Assembly (NCBI GenBank): GCA_964400675.1
Contig: CAYNVO010000003.1
Span: forward strand, 42,576-106,575
Length of the DNA stretch: 64,000 nt
Direction: 5' to 3'
Origin: an uncultured Dehalococcoidales bacterium
Lineage (GTDB): Bacteria; Chloroflexota; Dehalococcoidia; GIF9; UBA5629
In this document: positions 17,374-26,893 of the stretch, piece by piece
Numbering within the stretch: the stretch's first letter is position 1
How the letters are laid out: the number at the start of each line of letters is the position of its first letter
Notes under the pieces: model-generated
Databases searched by the model: none
Told to the model about the DNA's origin: nothing
Seen by the model: only the letters and a program-made list of their open reading frames with translations
Program-made: the position numbers and the translations under genes

Positions 17374-18162
17374 TTATTTATCTTTGTCAGACACGATAAG
17401 GGTGGCGGGCAAATCATTAATCGGGTGGGGATAGACGTAGACTTCGGCTCCGTAAACCTCCTTGATAGTTTTTGCATTTATCACCGATTCAGGAGTTCCG
17501 TGGCAGTAAACTCTTCCATCACTAAGCATTATCAGGCGGTCGCAATACTGAGATGCCAGGTTCAGGTCATGAAGCGTCACCACAACAATTAGCCCTTGCT
17601 CTCGACATAACTGGCGGGCTAAATCCAGGGTTTCTATCTGATAATTAATATCTAAATTGGCGGTGGGTTCATCCATAAGTATTATTTTTGGTTCCTGAGC
17701 TAAGGCGCGGGCAATGGTCAGGCGTTGTCTTTCGCCTCCTGACAGCTCGCCCACCCTGCGTTCAGCATAAGCAAGCGTTTGGGTCGCTTTCATGGTCTTT
17801 TGTACTATAGCCAGGTCATGTTCTCCTTCATAGCGCAGTAGCCCTAGATGCGGAGTGCGCCCCATAAGCACCACCTCTAGGGCAGTGAATAGTTCAGGTA
17901 AGGTTGGATTTTGAGGGACAACAGCCACCAGTTGAGCTAAATCCCGGTGACTCATGTCGGCTATGTTCTTGCCATCGAGGAAGATGTGTCCTGAGCTCGG
18001 CTTAATCAGTTGGGTTATTCCTTTGATTACCGTTGATTTGCCGGAACCGTTAGGACCTATGATGCCCAGCATTTCTCCAGGCTTAGCTTCAAGGCTGATG
18101 TTATGGAGCACTGTTTGCTTGTTATAGCCCAGGCTGACGTTATCCAAGCGCAGTTTGAACAT
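17374..18162 (-). CDS. btuD: ABC transporter ATP-binding protein (iron-siderophore/cobalamin FepC/BtuD type).
   Basis: Walker A GPNGSGKST, LSGGERQR signature, Walker B ILMDEP. Operon context with btuC/btuF-like genes. Confidence 0.8.
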   Translation of the reverse strand: MFKLRLDNVSLGYNKQTVLHNISLEAKPGEMLGIIGPNGSGKSTVIKGITQLIKPSSGHIFLDGKNIADMSHRDLAQLVAVVPQNPTLPELFTALEVVLMGRTPHLGLLRYEGEHDLAIVQKTMKATQTLAYAERRVGELSGGERQRLTIARALAQEPKIILMDEPTANLDINYQIETLDLARQLCREQGLIVVVTLHDLNLASQYCDRLIMLSDGRVYCHGTPESVINAKTIKEVYGAEVYVYPHPINDLPATLIVSDKDK

Positions 18163-19242
18163 TTAGAATATTGCCCTCTTTTTTTGTCGCAGCAGATAAA
18201 GAAAGAAAGGAGCACCTATAAAGGCGGTTATTACGCCTACTGGTATCTCTGTAGGCGCCAGCATGGTTCGGGCGGCGGTATCAGCTAGAATTAAAAAAAT
18301 AGCTCCGGCGAAGGTGGCTAAAGGCAGGAGGAAACGGTGGTCTGGACCCCAGATAAGCCGAACAGCATGTGGGACGATGATGCCGACAAAGCCGATGATG
18401 CCACAGAAACAGACCGCAGCGGCGGTTATCAAGGTTGCAGCCCCGAGCAAAGTCAGCTTGACCTGTTCCACGTTGATGCCCAGCTGTTGGGCTTGTTCTT
18501 CGTCGAGCTGCATTACGTTTAAAGGTCGGGCATGAAGCCAGATGACTATTGTGCCGATGAGTATATAAGGTGCCACCATGCCTACCTGCCACCAACTGGT
18601 CAGGGAGAATGTGCCCAGCAGCCAGGAGATTATGCCGTGCAATTTGTCTCCCGATGCAATCATCAGGTAAGAAGTGATTGCAGCCAGGAAAGCGCCCAGG
18701 GCTACACCGGCTAGGATAAGGGTTGTCATAGGCAGGGTTTTACCGACTCTGGCTATGTAATAAACTACAGCTACGGCTGTAATAGCACCAGTGAATGCCA
18801 GTAATGGAATGCTGGCAGCTTGCCAGGCTATGGGTAGCATGAAACCGATGACGGCTCCTAATGCTGCACCCTGGGCGACGCCAATGAGGTATGGGTCAGC
18901 CAGTGGATTGCGGAAAAGTCCCTGGTATGTGGTACCGGCCACGGCTAATGCGGCACCGACTAGTCCGGCTAGAAGCAACCGGGGCAGGCGTATGTCAAAA
19001 ATGATTGTTTCTATATTGCTTGGCCAGGTTGCCTGGATATGGACGAACGGTAGTTTGTCTAATAGAACGTCGCATACCTTATCGAAGGGAATGTCAGTGC
19101 TGCCTACGGCTAAAGTCGCTATAAGTACTATTCCTAGAAGTATGACCAGTCCGACTATGGCATAAATTCGGCTACGCCAGTGGATTGGGTAAATGGCTGC
19201 AGTTTCTGATATGCTCGAATTCTTAAACAATTCTAATGCCAT
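18163..19242 (-). CDS. btuC: ABC transporter permease, FecCD family.
   Basis: 359 aa, about 9-10 TM helices, FecCD-type sequence. Follows the ATPase. Confidence 0.8.
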   Translation of the reverse strand: MALELFKNSSISETAAIYPIHWRSRIYAIVGLVILLGIVLIATLAVGSTDIPFDKVCDVLLDKLPFVHIQATWPSNIETIIFDIRLPRLLLAGLVGAALAVAGTTYQGLFRNPLADPYLIGVAQGAALGAVIGFMLPIAWQAASIPLLAFTGAITAVAVVYYIARVGKTLPMTTLILAGVALGAFLAAITSYLMIASGDKLHGIISWLLGTFSLTSWWQVGMVAPYILIGTIVIWLHARPLNVMQLDEEQAQQLGINVEQVKLTLLGAATLITAAAVCFCGIIGFVGIIVPHAVRLIWGPDHRFLLPLATFAGAIFLILADTAARTMLAPTEIPVGVITAFIGAPFFLYLLRQKKRAIF

Positions 19243-19296
19243 TCTTGTTCAGCCTTTACACCTCTAGCACTGATGTACATGCTTGTTTCTTTTCGG

Positions 19297-20262
19297 CTAT
19301 TTGAAGAGTTCAGGGTGAATGAAGCAGGCCATTTGTTCCAGGGCTTCTACTATTCTGGGACCTGGGCGGTGTATCAGGTCGCCATCGATTTTATATATCC
19401 TGTCATTTAGCAGCGCCTGTGTATTTTTCAACCTGGTCTCAGTCTGTACATATTGCCAGGGCAGGTCTTCTCCAGTCCCCATGCCAACGGAGGCTACTAT
19501 TACCTGTGGGTCTCTGTAAATGACCGTCTCCAGGTCGATTGTCTTGTCGCCAGAGATATCAGAGGCGATGTTTTGTCCACCGGCACTGCGGATTACATCA
19601 TCAGCCAAAGTTCCTGTGCCGGCGGTCATCAGTGGGTCATGCCAGGTGACATAAAATACTCTCGGTTTTTGTTTTGAGGATAAGGTTTCTGTTTTGTCAG
19701 TTATAACTTCAATCCTTGACCTTAAGCTGCTGACCATCTCCGTAGCCTGTTTATTTTGTCCGGTGATTTTACCTACCAATGTTATGCTGTCCAGCACTTC
19801 AAGCAGGGAAGTTGGTGTTAGAGCCACAACTGTCAGTCCAAGTTCTTCCAGGGCAGGTATGACTGTTTTGCTGTGAATATTGGTTGCCAGCACCAGGTCC
19901 GGCTCAAGTGAGACAACCTTTTCTATGTCGACAGTGCTGAACCCCCCCACTTTAAGTTTAGTTGTAGCCGCCTGAGGATAATTACAATACTCAGTAACTC
20001 CGACCACTTTATCGCCCAGGCCGAGAGCGAACAAGATTTCGGTATTGCTCGGTGATAGAGAGATTATTCGTTGGGGTGTTTTTTCGATTGCTACGCTTCT
20101 GCCAAGGCCGTCAACTATATTGCCCGGCGTAGATTGTGCAGCACAACTGGGGCAAAGAAGAAATGCTAGTGCTAACAGGATAAGGAAGTATTTTGGGCTA
20201 TGTTGGCTCATTATTTTTCTCCTTTGCGTCAATCGCAAATTAAAATCCCCATGCTCCAACAA
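19297..20262 (-). CDS. btuF: ABC transporter periplasmic/extracytoplasmic corrinoid-binding protein (class III SBP).
   Basis: Lipoprotein-like N-terminus (LLCPSCAA). RIISLSPSNTEILFALGLGDKVVGV is typical of BtuF/FhuD-type binding proteins. First gene downstream of the riboswitch. Confidence 0.75.
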   Translation of the reverse strand: MLEHGDFNLRLTQRRKIMSQHSPKYFLILLALAFLLCPSCAAQSTPGNIVDGLGRSVAIEKTPQRIISLSPSNTEILFALGLGDKVVGVTEYCNYPQAATTKLKVGGFSTVDIEKVVSLEPDLVLATNIHSKTVIPALEELGLTVVALTPTSLLEVLDSITLVGKITGQNKQATEMVSSLRSRIEVITDKTETLSSKQKPRVFYVTWHDPLMTAGTGTLADDVIRSAGGQNIASDISGDKTIDLETVIYRDPQVIVASVGMGTGEDLPWQYVQTETRLKNTQALLNDRIYKIDGDLIHRPGPRIVEALEQMACFIHPELFK

Positions 20263-20294
20263 GCAAGGGGATTAATTCTAAATAATAAATCCCA

Positions 20295-20430
20295 CCCCCT
20301 TACTCCGCGGAGGTAGCCATACCTAGTAGGGTCGATGTTCTGACTATTACAGCAGGCGGGACTGTGCCGGGATTTCACCGGCTTGCATTCCAATTAAGCC
20401 CAAGATTGCCCCTGGGCACCCTACCGCAGC
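20295..20430 (-). promoter_or_regulatory. Cobalamin (B12) riboswitch aptamer in the leader of the btuF-cobU operon.
   Basis: Minus-strand sequence ...GGTAGGGTGCCCAGGGGCAATCTTGGGCTTAATTGGAATGCAAGCCGGTGAAATCCCGGCACAGTCCCGCCTGCTGTAATAG...CCCTACTAGG contains the B12-box-like core GCCGGTGAAATCCCGGC-CAGTCCCGCC-CTGTAA and a closing P1 (GGTAGGG...CCCTACT). ORF 20347..20598(-) inside it is judged spurious. Confidence 0.7.
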
Positions 20431-20627
20431 TATTAAGTTTGTTAACAGAATACCTGGAAATCGGTATAAAGTCAATAGAGCCAATATATCGAATGAGCCG
20501 GGCATACTACAAATCACCTTTCCTGATTGCCGGCTAGTTGCTTTCTGCTGATTTAGAATAAATCTTGATTGATGTATTACTGGCAACCTACTTGACAAAG
20601 ATCCGTCGTTCCTTTATTTTATGAGTA

Positions 20628-22307
20628 TTGAGGTACGAAGAGATGGGTGGGCGGAGGACAAAGCCCCAACTTGCCTCTGGAGATAAGGCTCTAGACTTAA
20701 GTCTGCAAGACTTGGTTAATAGTCTGGAAGACGAACTTTTTATCGTAGACAATGAATATCATATAAAGTTCGTTAACTTAGCTATCATGCAGAGGTTGGG
20801 TGGACATGCCGCTTCTCCAGTTGGCAGACTGTGTTACGATGTCTTTGAGGCTAGAGGAAGTCCTTGCAGCTCACACTTGTGGTTATGCCCTATAAACAAA
20901 GTATTACACAGCGGTAAATCAGTTGTAATCGTTCATCCCAGATATCCTATAAGCTCGGACATTGTCTCAAACGAACACATTAGAATCGTTATGTACCCAC
21001 TAAGAGATAGCCGCGGCAACATAAGCGCTGTCGCTGAGTTAAGACGAGACGTCACTGTAGAAAAAGAGATGGAGCATCAGGTTCTGAGACGTCATCATTA
21101 TCTTCAAGCTTTAAGTCGTATTTCAAGCGCTACGAGCGGGTTGCGGAATTTGAATAGTATCTTAAATGTATGTCTAGACATTGCCTTGGAGTCTGTCGAT
21201 GGTGAAATAGGGGGTATTCTGCTTTTTGATGAACAAAAACAAAGGCTACATTATCGTGTTTCTCGTGGTTTATCCGCCAAATATGTTGAGAAAATGCAGA
21301 TGGCTCCGGGAGAAGGGATAGCGGGCAGAGTGGTGAAAACTGGGGAGCCTATCCTGGTGGAGGACATCTCAAAAGACGCACGTGTTGTTCATAAGGATTT
21401 GATCAGTACTGAGGGACTTAAGGGATTTGCCAGCGTTCCATTGAAAGCGAAGGAAAAAGTTGTAGGTGTGATTAACATGGCGAGTCATATGCCAGGCCGA
21501 TTCAGGGAGGATGACATCTATCTTTTAAACTCAATGGGTTGTCAGATAGGAATTGCAATTGAGCAGGCGAGACTCTATGACCGTCTGGCAAGTGCAGCGA
21601 GGAGGTACCAGGCTCTTCTTCGGCATGCTTTGACTGCTCAAGAGGATGAAAGAAAGAGAATTGCTCGCGAGCTCCATGATGAGACCAGCCAGGCTATTAC
21701 CAGCTTGACTCTCAGTCTGCAAGCAATTATGGGGATGGCTGAAATGAAGGGCATTGTAGATAAAGACATCATAGAAAGGCTTAGATCAACACATGCCTAT
21801 ACAGTTCATGCTGGCAATGAAATAGTTAAGCTTATGAAGGAACTCCGCCCCACATTATTGGATGAGCTTGGAATGCCTGCAGCTATTCATCGCTATGCCA
21901 AAGATACCCTTCAAACTCAAGGTGTTGGTGTAACTGCTGAATTTTTGGGTACAGACGGGCGTTTTCCCCCGGAGACCGAAGTAACGCTTTTCCGTGTTGC
22001 TCAGGGACTTATAGGGAACATCTTGAAGCATTCAGGTGCGAAAAATGCTGTAATTAAGCTAGAGTGTGATAACGCCAAATGTGTATTAAAAATCGAAGAT
22101 GACGGCAAAGGTTTTAATGTTAGCAAGCTTACACGTGTAGATCATAGCGGTCGGGGTGCGGGTCTATTCACCATGAAGGAGAGAGTGAGGTTGGCAGGAG
22201 GTAATTGTAAGATTGAATCCCGGCCGGGACAAGGAACCAAAGTTACGGTGAATATCCCGCTCCCTGCGAGTGAGGTAGATGAAAAAGATAAAAGTCTTGA
22301 TAGTTGA
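20628..22307 (+). CDS. Sensor histidine kinase with PAS and GAF sensor domains and a HisKA_3 + HATPase_c core. Cytoplasmic, no TM.
   Basis: GAF-like block (EGIAGRVVKTGEPILVEDI). HisKA_3 H-box ERKRIARELHDETSQAITSL. HATPase G-boxes (DDGKGF, GRGAGLFTM). Confidence 0.8.
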   Translation: MRYEEMGGRRTKPQLASGDKALDLSLQDLVNSLEDELFIVDNEYHIKFVNLAIMQRLGGHAASPVGRLCYDVFEARGSPCSSHLWLCPINKVLHSGKSVVIVHPRYPISSDIVSNEHIRIVMYPLRDSRGNISAVAELRRDVTVEKEMEHQVLRRHHYLQALSRISSATSGLRNLNSILNVCLDIALESVDGEIGGILLFDEQKQRLHYRVSRGLSAKYVEKMQMAPGEGIAGRVVKTGEPILVEDISKDARVVHKDLISTEGLKGFASVPLKAKEKVVGVINMASHMPGRFREDDIYLLNSMGCQIGIAIEQARLYDRLASAARRYQALLRHALTAQEDERKRIARELHDETSQAITSLTLSLQAIMGMAEMKGIVDKDIIERLRSTHAYTVHAGNEIVKLMKELRPTLLDELGMPAAIHRYAKDTLQTQGVGVTAEFLGTDGRFPPETEVTLFRVAQGLIGNILKHSGAKNAVIKLECDNAKCVLKIEDDGKGFNVSKLTRVDHSGRGAGLFTMKERVRLAGGNCKIESRPGQGTKVTVNIPLPASEVDEKDKSLDS

Positions 22308-22932
22308 TGATCACACTCTCGTGAGAGACGGAATCCGGGCTTTACTAGGTTTAGTTGCCGATATAGAAGTGGTTGGTGAGGCAACGAATGGCAGGGACGC
22401 ACTGGAAAAAGTCGAACAGCTTGCCCCAGATGTGGTACTGATGGATCTGTCAATGCCTATTATGGGTGGGCTTGAAACAACACGGAGAATACGCAAGAAA
22501 CACCCGGCGACGAAAGTGTTGGCACTAACCCAATATGATGATAGCGACTATGTAGTCCCTGTTATCGAAGCAGGAGCTCGTGGTTTTGTTACTAAGATGG
22601 CGGCGTTTTCAGAACTTGCCTCAGCTATTCAAGCCGTGTATAGCGGAGATTCTTATCTGTCGCCTTCGGCAGCAAAGGCGCTTGTTCAAGAATACCAGCA
22701 AAAAACCACTGTAGAGGGGGAAAAAGACCCTTATAATCAGTTGACAGACAGAGAGAGAGAAGTGCTTAAGCTTGTTGTCGAAGGGTACACTGCTCGCGAA
22801 ATAGCAGATATACTGGTCATCAGTCCTAAAACAGTGGAGTGGTATAAAAGTAACTTAATGAATAAGATTAACATCCATAACAAAACTGACCTCATTAAGT
22901 TTGCCATACGCAAAGGAATTATAGCCGCGTGA
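22279..22932 (+). CDS. Response regulator, NarL/FixJ family (REC + LuxR-type HTH).
   Basis: KVLIVDDHTLVRDGIRALL...VVLMDLSMP receiver domain. C-terminal LTDREREVLKLVVEGYTAREIADILVISPKTVEWYKSNLMNKI LuxR HTH. Confidence 0.85.
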   Translation: MKKIKVLIVDDHTLVRDGIRALLGLVADIEVVGEATNGRDALEKVEQLAPDVVLMDLSMPIMGGLETTRRIRKKHPATKVLALTQYDDSDYVVPVIEAGARGFVTKMAAFSELASAIQAVYSGDSYLSPSAAKALVQEYQQKTTVEGEKDPYNQLTDREREVLKLVVEGYTAREIADILVISPKTVEWYKSNLMNKINIHNKTDLIKFAIRKGIIAA

Positions 22933-23124
22933 TGACCCGGGCGAAGTTCCTCCGCTAATCTTAAGCCGCTTCTGCCCCAGATTCTTCCCAACAAAAATCA
23001 AGTGTTATTCCAGTAATAATTCTGGGGATCGAGCCATGTTTTCTTAGAGGTTTTCCTATTGTCGCTTAATTTATAACCATGTACTATTCTCGTAGATTTA
23101 GTAGTTTCTGTTCAGAAAGAGCCT

Positions 23125-25248
23125 ATGTATCCATCTACAGCAAAAGGCGCCAATAAATATCAGCCCGATAAAATGACAAAATTCTCTTTTGATCATAGCC
23201 TAGTTCCACCATGCCAAGCTGCATGTCCGTTACATATGGAAATACGTGAATATGTTGATTTAGTTGCCCAGGGAAGGATTATGGAAGCTCTGCAAGTGAT
23301 AAGGGATGGTAATCCGTTCCCCTCTATTTGTGCTTATGTTTGTACTCACCCATGTGAGGATGCTTGCAGGCGTAGCCAGGTGGACAAGCCTGTTGCCATT
23401 CGTGCGCTGAAGAGGTTTGCAGTTGAATTTGGTGGTGATAGAAGAATCCGTGCTGAGGCAGAAACTATGCATAGTGAGAGGGTAGCTATAGTAGGTTCTG
23501 GCCCAGCAGGGATGGCCTGTGCCTACTATTTACGAAAATTGGGTTATCCTGTAACTATCTTCGAAGCTCATTCTGGTGTAGGTGGCATGCTTCGGGTAGG
23601 TATTCCACAGTATAGGCTTCCCCGTGAAGTACTGAATACAGAAGTGCAAAGGTTGATGCAGATGGGCGTTGAAATAAGGACAAATACGCGTGTAGTCTCA
23701 TTAGACCTGCTATCTGACATGGGTTACAAAGCCATCTTTATAACTATTGGTGCTCACCAAAGCCTTAGGATGGGCATAGAGGGTGAGGATGGCCCCGGTG
23801 TAATAGATGGTGCCACTTTTCTCCGCGAGGTGAATCTTGGTCTCAAACCATCTTTAGGTAAGAAAGTTGCTGTAGTGGGAGGTGGTAATGTAGCAGTTGA
23901 TGCTGCGCGTACAGCTCTCCGCTTAGGCGCACACAAAGTAAGTATTCTCTACCGTCGCAGCCGGGCAGAAATGCCAGCAGACCCGATAGAAATAGAGCAA
24001 GCCTTGGAAGAAGGGATTGACATTCGCTTCTTGGTGGTGCCGGTTAAATTAAAAAGGCGTAATGGGCAGTTAAGTATAAGTTGTATAAAGATGGAGCTTG
24101 GCGAACCTGATGCTACCGGTAGACGGCAGCCTATACCTATTAAAGGCAGCGAATTCAATAGGCAGGTAGACATACTGATTACAGCTATTGGACAGTCACC
24201 TCAGGCTCCAAGTGATTTCCGTCTGCGTATCGGCAGAGGGAGCACTATTCATGTTGACCCAGTCACTCTTACTACAAATAGGGTGGGAGTTTTTGCTGGT
24301 GGTGATGCTGTCACTGGACCGGCGACCGTAACCGAAGCTTTGGCATCTGGTAGGCTGGCAGCTTTTCGTATTGATGATTATCTTCAGCATAGATATCCGC
24401 AAGTTGACAAGGAAATGCGGTCACATTTGCAAGGTGATCTGTTGCCTGAGACTGTAGAGATGATCAGAAAAATAGGTCGGCTTGAACCTCCGATTCTGCC
24501 GCCTGAAGCAAGAATAGAAGATTTCAAGGCGGTGGAGTCGGTTTATGATTGGTCAACTGCTGTTAATGAAGCAAGAAGGTGTCTTCGGTGTGGTATGGGG
24601 GCTGAAATTGTGTCACAAGATAAATGTGCCACTTGCCTGAATTGTATAAGAGTCTGCCCATATCATGTTCCACGCCTCGATGTTAACGGTGCAGTTCAGA
24701 TACCAGTTGAGCAATGCCTGGCTTGTGGTATATGTGTTGCGGAATGTCCGGCGAAAGCGATAGTTCTGCGGAAGCCATATGACCAGAGACAGGTAACCGA
24801 CGAACTACATTATATACTTAAGTCCGCAGAGAAATCGAAATTCAAGCCGTTCATCGTCGGTTTTTGCTGCCAGTATGGACTTTTTGGTACTGGCACTCTG
24901 GCAAACCTGTGGCGGGAAGCTAAAGCTGGCATCTGGATAGTGCCTGTCTTGTGTGTGGCAAAAGTGGAGGCCGAACATATGTTGCATGCCTTTGAGATGG
25001 GCGCAGAAGGAGTTTTCATTGCTGGATGTGGTGAACAATGCGCTAGGGAGAATACGGCGTTGTGGATTAGTCAACGTGTTGGTAAGGTTAGAAAGACGTT
25101 AGCTCAGATCGGTCTTGAGCCTGAGCGAATACGAGATTTTATGTTGAGCTCTGCTAATGAAGATATTGCTCAGGACCTGGATAAGTTCGTTGAACAAATA
25201 ACCGGGTTATATTTTACCTCGACAATAGTGCAGGAGGTGAAAAGTTGA
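23125..25248 (+). CDS. Fusion flavoprotein: GltD/NfnB-like NAD(P)H-FAD oxidoreductase + 2x[4Fe-4S] ferredoxin + MvhD-like domain. Putative electron-input subunit of a methylene-THF reductase complex.
   Basis: N-terminus with GltD-type Fe-S cysteines (CQAACPLHMEI...PFPSICAYVCTHPCEDAC). FAD/NAD GxGxxG (VAIVGSGPAGMACAY, VAVVGGGNVAVD). CATCLNCIRVCP and CLACGICVAECP ferredoxin motifs. C-terminal FIVGFCCQYG...FIAGCGEQC resembles MvhD. Confidence 0.7.
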   Translation: MYPSTAKGANKYQPDKMTKFSFDHSLVPPCQAACPLHMEIREYVDLVAQGRIMEALQVIRDGNPFPSICAYVCTHPCEDACRRSQVDKPVAIRALKRFAVEFGGDRRIRAEAETMHSERVAIVGSGPAGMACAYYLRKLGYPVTIFEAHSGVGGMLRVGIPQYRLPREVLNTEVQRLMQMGVEIRTNTRVVSLDLLSDMGYKAIFITIGAHQSLRMGIEGEDGPGVIDGATFLREVNLGLKPSLGKKVAVVGGGNVAVDAARTALRLGAHKVSILYRRSRAEMPADPIEIEQALEEGIDIRFLVVPVKLKRRNGQLSISCIKMELGEPDATGRRQPIPIKGSEFNRQVDILITAIGQSPQAPSDFRLRIGRGSTIHVDPVTLTTNRVGVFAGGDAVTGPATVTEALASGRLAAFRIDDYLQHRYPQVDKEMRSHLQGDLLPETVEMIRKIGRLEPPILPPEARIEDFKAVESVYDWSTAVNEARRCLRCGMGAEIVSQDKCATCLNCIRVCPYHVPRLDVNGAVQIPVEQCLACGICVAECPAKAIVLRKPYDQRQVTDELHYILKSAEKSKFKPFIVGFCCQYGLFGTGTLANLWREAKAGIWIVPVLCVAKVEAEHMLHAFEMGAEGVFIAGCGEQCARENTALWISQRVGKVRKTLAQIGLEPERIRDFMLSSANEDIAQDLDKFVEQITGLYFTSTIVQEVKS

Positions 25249-25928
25249 TAGTTGCGGAACAGAAGCCTCTTGAAGCAATCAGGCAAATGATTGCTCCATA
25301 CCATAGGGTGTTGATTCTTGGCTGTGGTACATGTATGACAGTCTGTGATGCTGGCGGTGAACGTGAAGTATCCTTTCTCCATTGTTCATTACGATTGATA
25401 CAGGCAAAAAGCGGAGAAGAGCCACATATCTTTTCTGAGTATATTTTGAAAAGGCAGTGTGACCCTGAATTTATAGACCTTCTTGTTGATAAAGTCAGTG
25501 ATGTGGATGCCATTCTTTCCTTGGGTTGTGGTATAGGTGTGCAAGCCATAGCTGAATGTTTCCCAGATATGCCCGTATTGCCTGGTGTTAATACCTCTTT
25601 TATGGGTATGGCTAAGGAGTGGGGGGTCTGGGATGAGCGGTGCGTTGCGTGTGGAGATTGCAGGCTGGAGGATACTGCTGGCATTTGCCCTATTACCAGG
25701 TGCACCAAGGGAATATTAAATGGGCCTTGTGCCGGCACCAAAAATGGTAAATGTGAAGCAAGTAAAGACATGGAGTGCGCGTGGATTCTCATCTATCAGC
25801 GACTGGAAAGGCTGCAGCAACTTGAGAAAATGCGCCGATATTACCCGCCGAGAAATTTCCGCGCCGTCCCAAGGCCAAAGAGGCTTGTAAAAAAAGTTAG
25901 TGTTGGTGCAGGAGAAAGCGATGGCTAA
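25245..25928 (+). CDS. metV: MetV-type methylene-THF reductase-associated Cys-rich (MTHFR_C-like zinc-ribbon) subunit.
   Basis: 227 aa with many CxxC-type cysteines (LGCGTCMTVCD, CVACGDCRLEDTAGICPITRCTKGILNGPCAG). Immediately upstream of metF and overlapping it. Confidence 0.65.
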   Translation: MIVAEQKPLEAIRQMIAPYHRVLILGCGTCMTVCDAGGEREVSFLHCSLRLIQAKSGEEPHIFSEYILKRQCDPEFIDLLVDKVSDVDAILSLGCGIGVQAIAECFPDMPVLPGVNTSFMGMAKEWGVWDERCVACGDCRLEDTAGICPITRCTKGILNGPCAGTKNGKCEASKDMECAWILIYQRLERLQQLEKMRRYYPPRNFRAVPRPKRLVKKVSVGAGESDG

Positions 25929-26823
25929 TTCATTGTTTGAGGAGAAGCTCTATTCTGATACGTTCTTAGTGACGACGGAAGTTGGCCCACCAAAAGGGGC
26001 AGATGTGTCAGAATTGATTCACCACATAGACCTGCTAAAAGATAAAGTTGATGCCATCAATGTCACTGACCATCAGAGTTCGGTTATGCGTTTTCCGTCG
26101 TTGGGTGGCTGTCTGTTGGTAAAAGAATTGGGTGGGGAACCCATTCTTCAAGTAACCTGTCGTGATAGAAATCGCCTTGCTCTCCAAGCTGATCTTCTTT
26201 TTGCATATTCCAGGGATGTCCGTAATGTCCTTTGTCTTACGGGTGATTCTATTGATGTAGGTGACCATAGAGAAGCCAAGCCTGTCTTTGACCTAGATTC
26301 AATACAGTTATTGAAAGCGATAAGAACTATGGAGTCTGGAACGGATATGGCAGGCAATGAACTTAAGAAAGCTCCGAAATTTTGTGTTGGTGCCTCAGTT
26401 CATCCTGAAGCAGATTTCATCGAACCTCAACTTATTAAATTTGACAAGAAGGTTGCTGCGGGAGCGCAATTCTTTCAGACTCAGGGCATCTTCGACCTGG
26501 CAAGTATTCGGCGGTTCATGCAATACGCCTCACAGTTTAATGTGAAAATCCTGGCTGGAATTATAGTTTTGGCTTCCGCCAGAATGGCTCGATACATGAA
26601 TGAAAATGTACCTGGAATAATTGTCTGCCAGGCTATTATAGACGAACTTGCTGCTGTGGAGAAAGGCAAGGGACTTCAAAAGGGAATAGAGATTGCTGCT
26701 CGCCTGATAAAGGCAATGAGGGAGGAAAAACTGTGCCACGGGGTACATGTTATGGCTGTAGGTAATGAAGGTATTGTGCCTGAAATCCTGGAGGCAGCCG
26801 AATTGGCCGGTGTCAGTCGCTGA
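25921..26823 (+). CDS. metF: 5,10-methylenetetrahydrofolate reductase.
   Basis: MetF family blocks (TTEVGPPKG, VTDHQSS, LTGDSIDVGDH). Start set at ATG 25921 (MANSLF). ORF-track start 25900 also possible. Confidence 0.85.
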   Translation: MANSLFEEKLYSDTFLVTTEVGPPKGADVSELIHHIDLLKDKVDAINVTDHQSSVMRFPSLGGCLLVKELGGEPILQVTCRDRNRLALQADLLFAYSRDVRNVLCLTGDSIDVGDHREAKPVFDLDSIQLLKAIRTMESGTDMAGNELKKAPKFCVGASVHPEADFIEPQLIKFDKKVAAGAQFFQTQGIFDLASIRRFMQYASQFNVKILAGIIVLASARMARYMNENVPGIIVCQAIIDELAAVEKGKGLQKGIEIAARLIKAMREEKLCHGVHVMAVGNEGIVPEILEAAELAGVSR

Positions 26824-26893
26824 GATGACACTTTAATAAAATGGATGCAGGATTTAATCAATGAATTAATGCTACTTATGGAGGTAAAGGAAG

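Noticed and set aside
20347-20598. 83-aa minus-strand ORF in the btuF leader
   Set aside because: It lies entirely within the cobalamin riboswitch and its expression platform. No RBS. Read as spurious.
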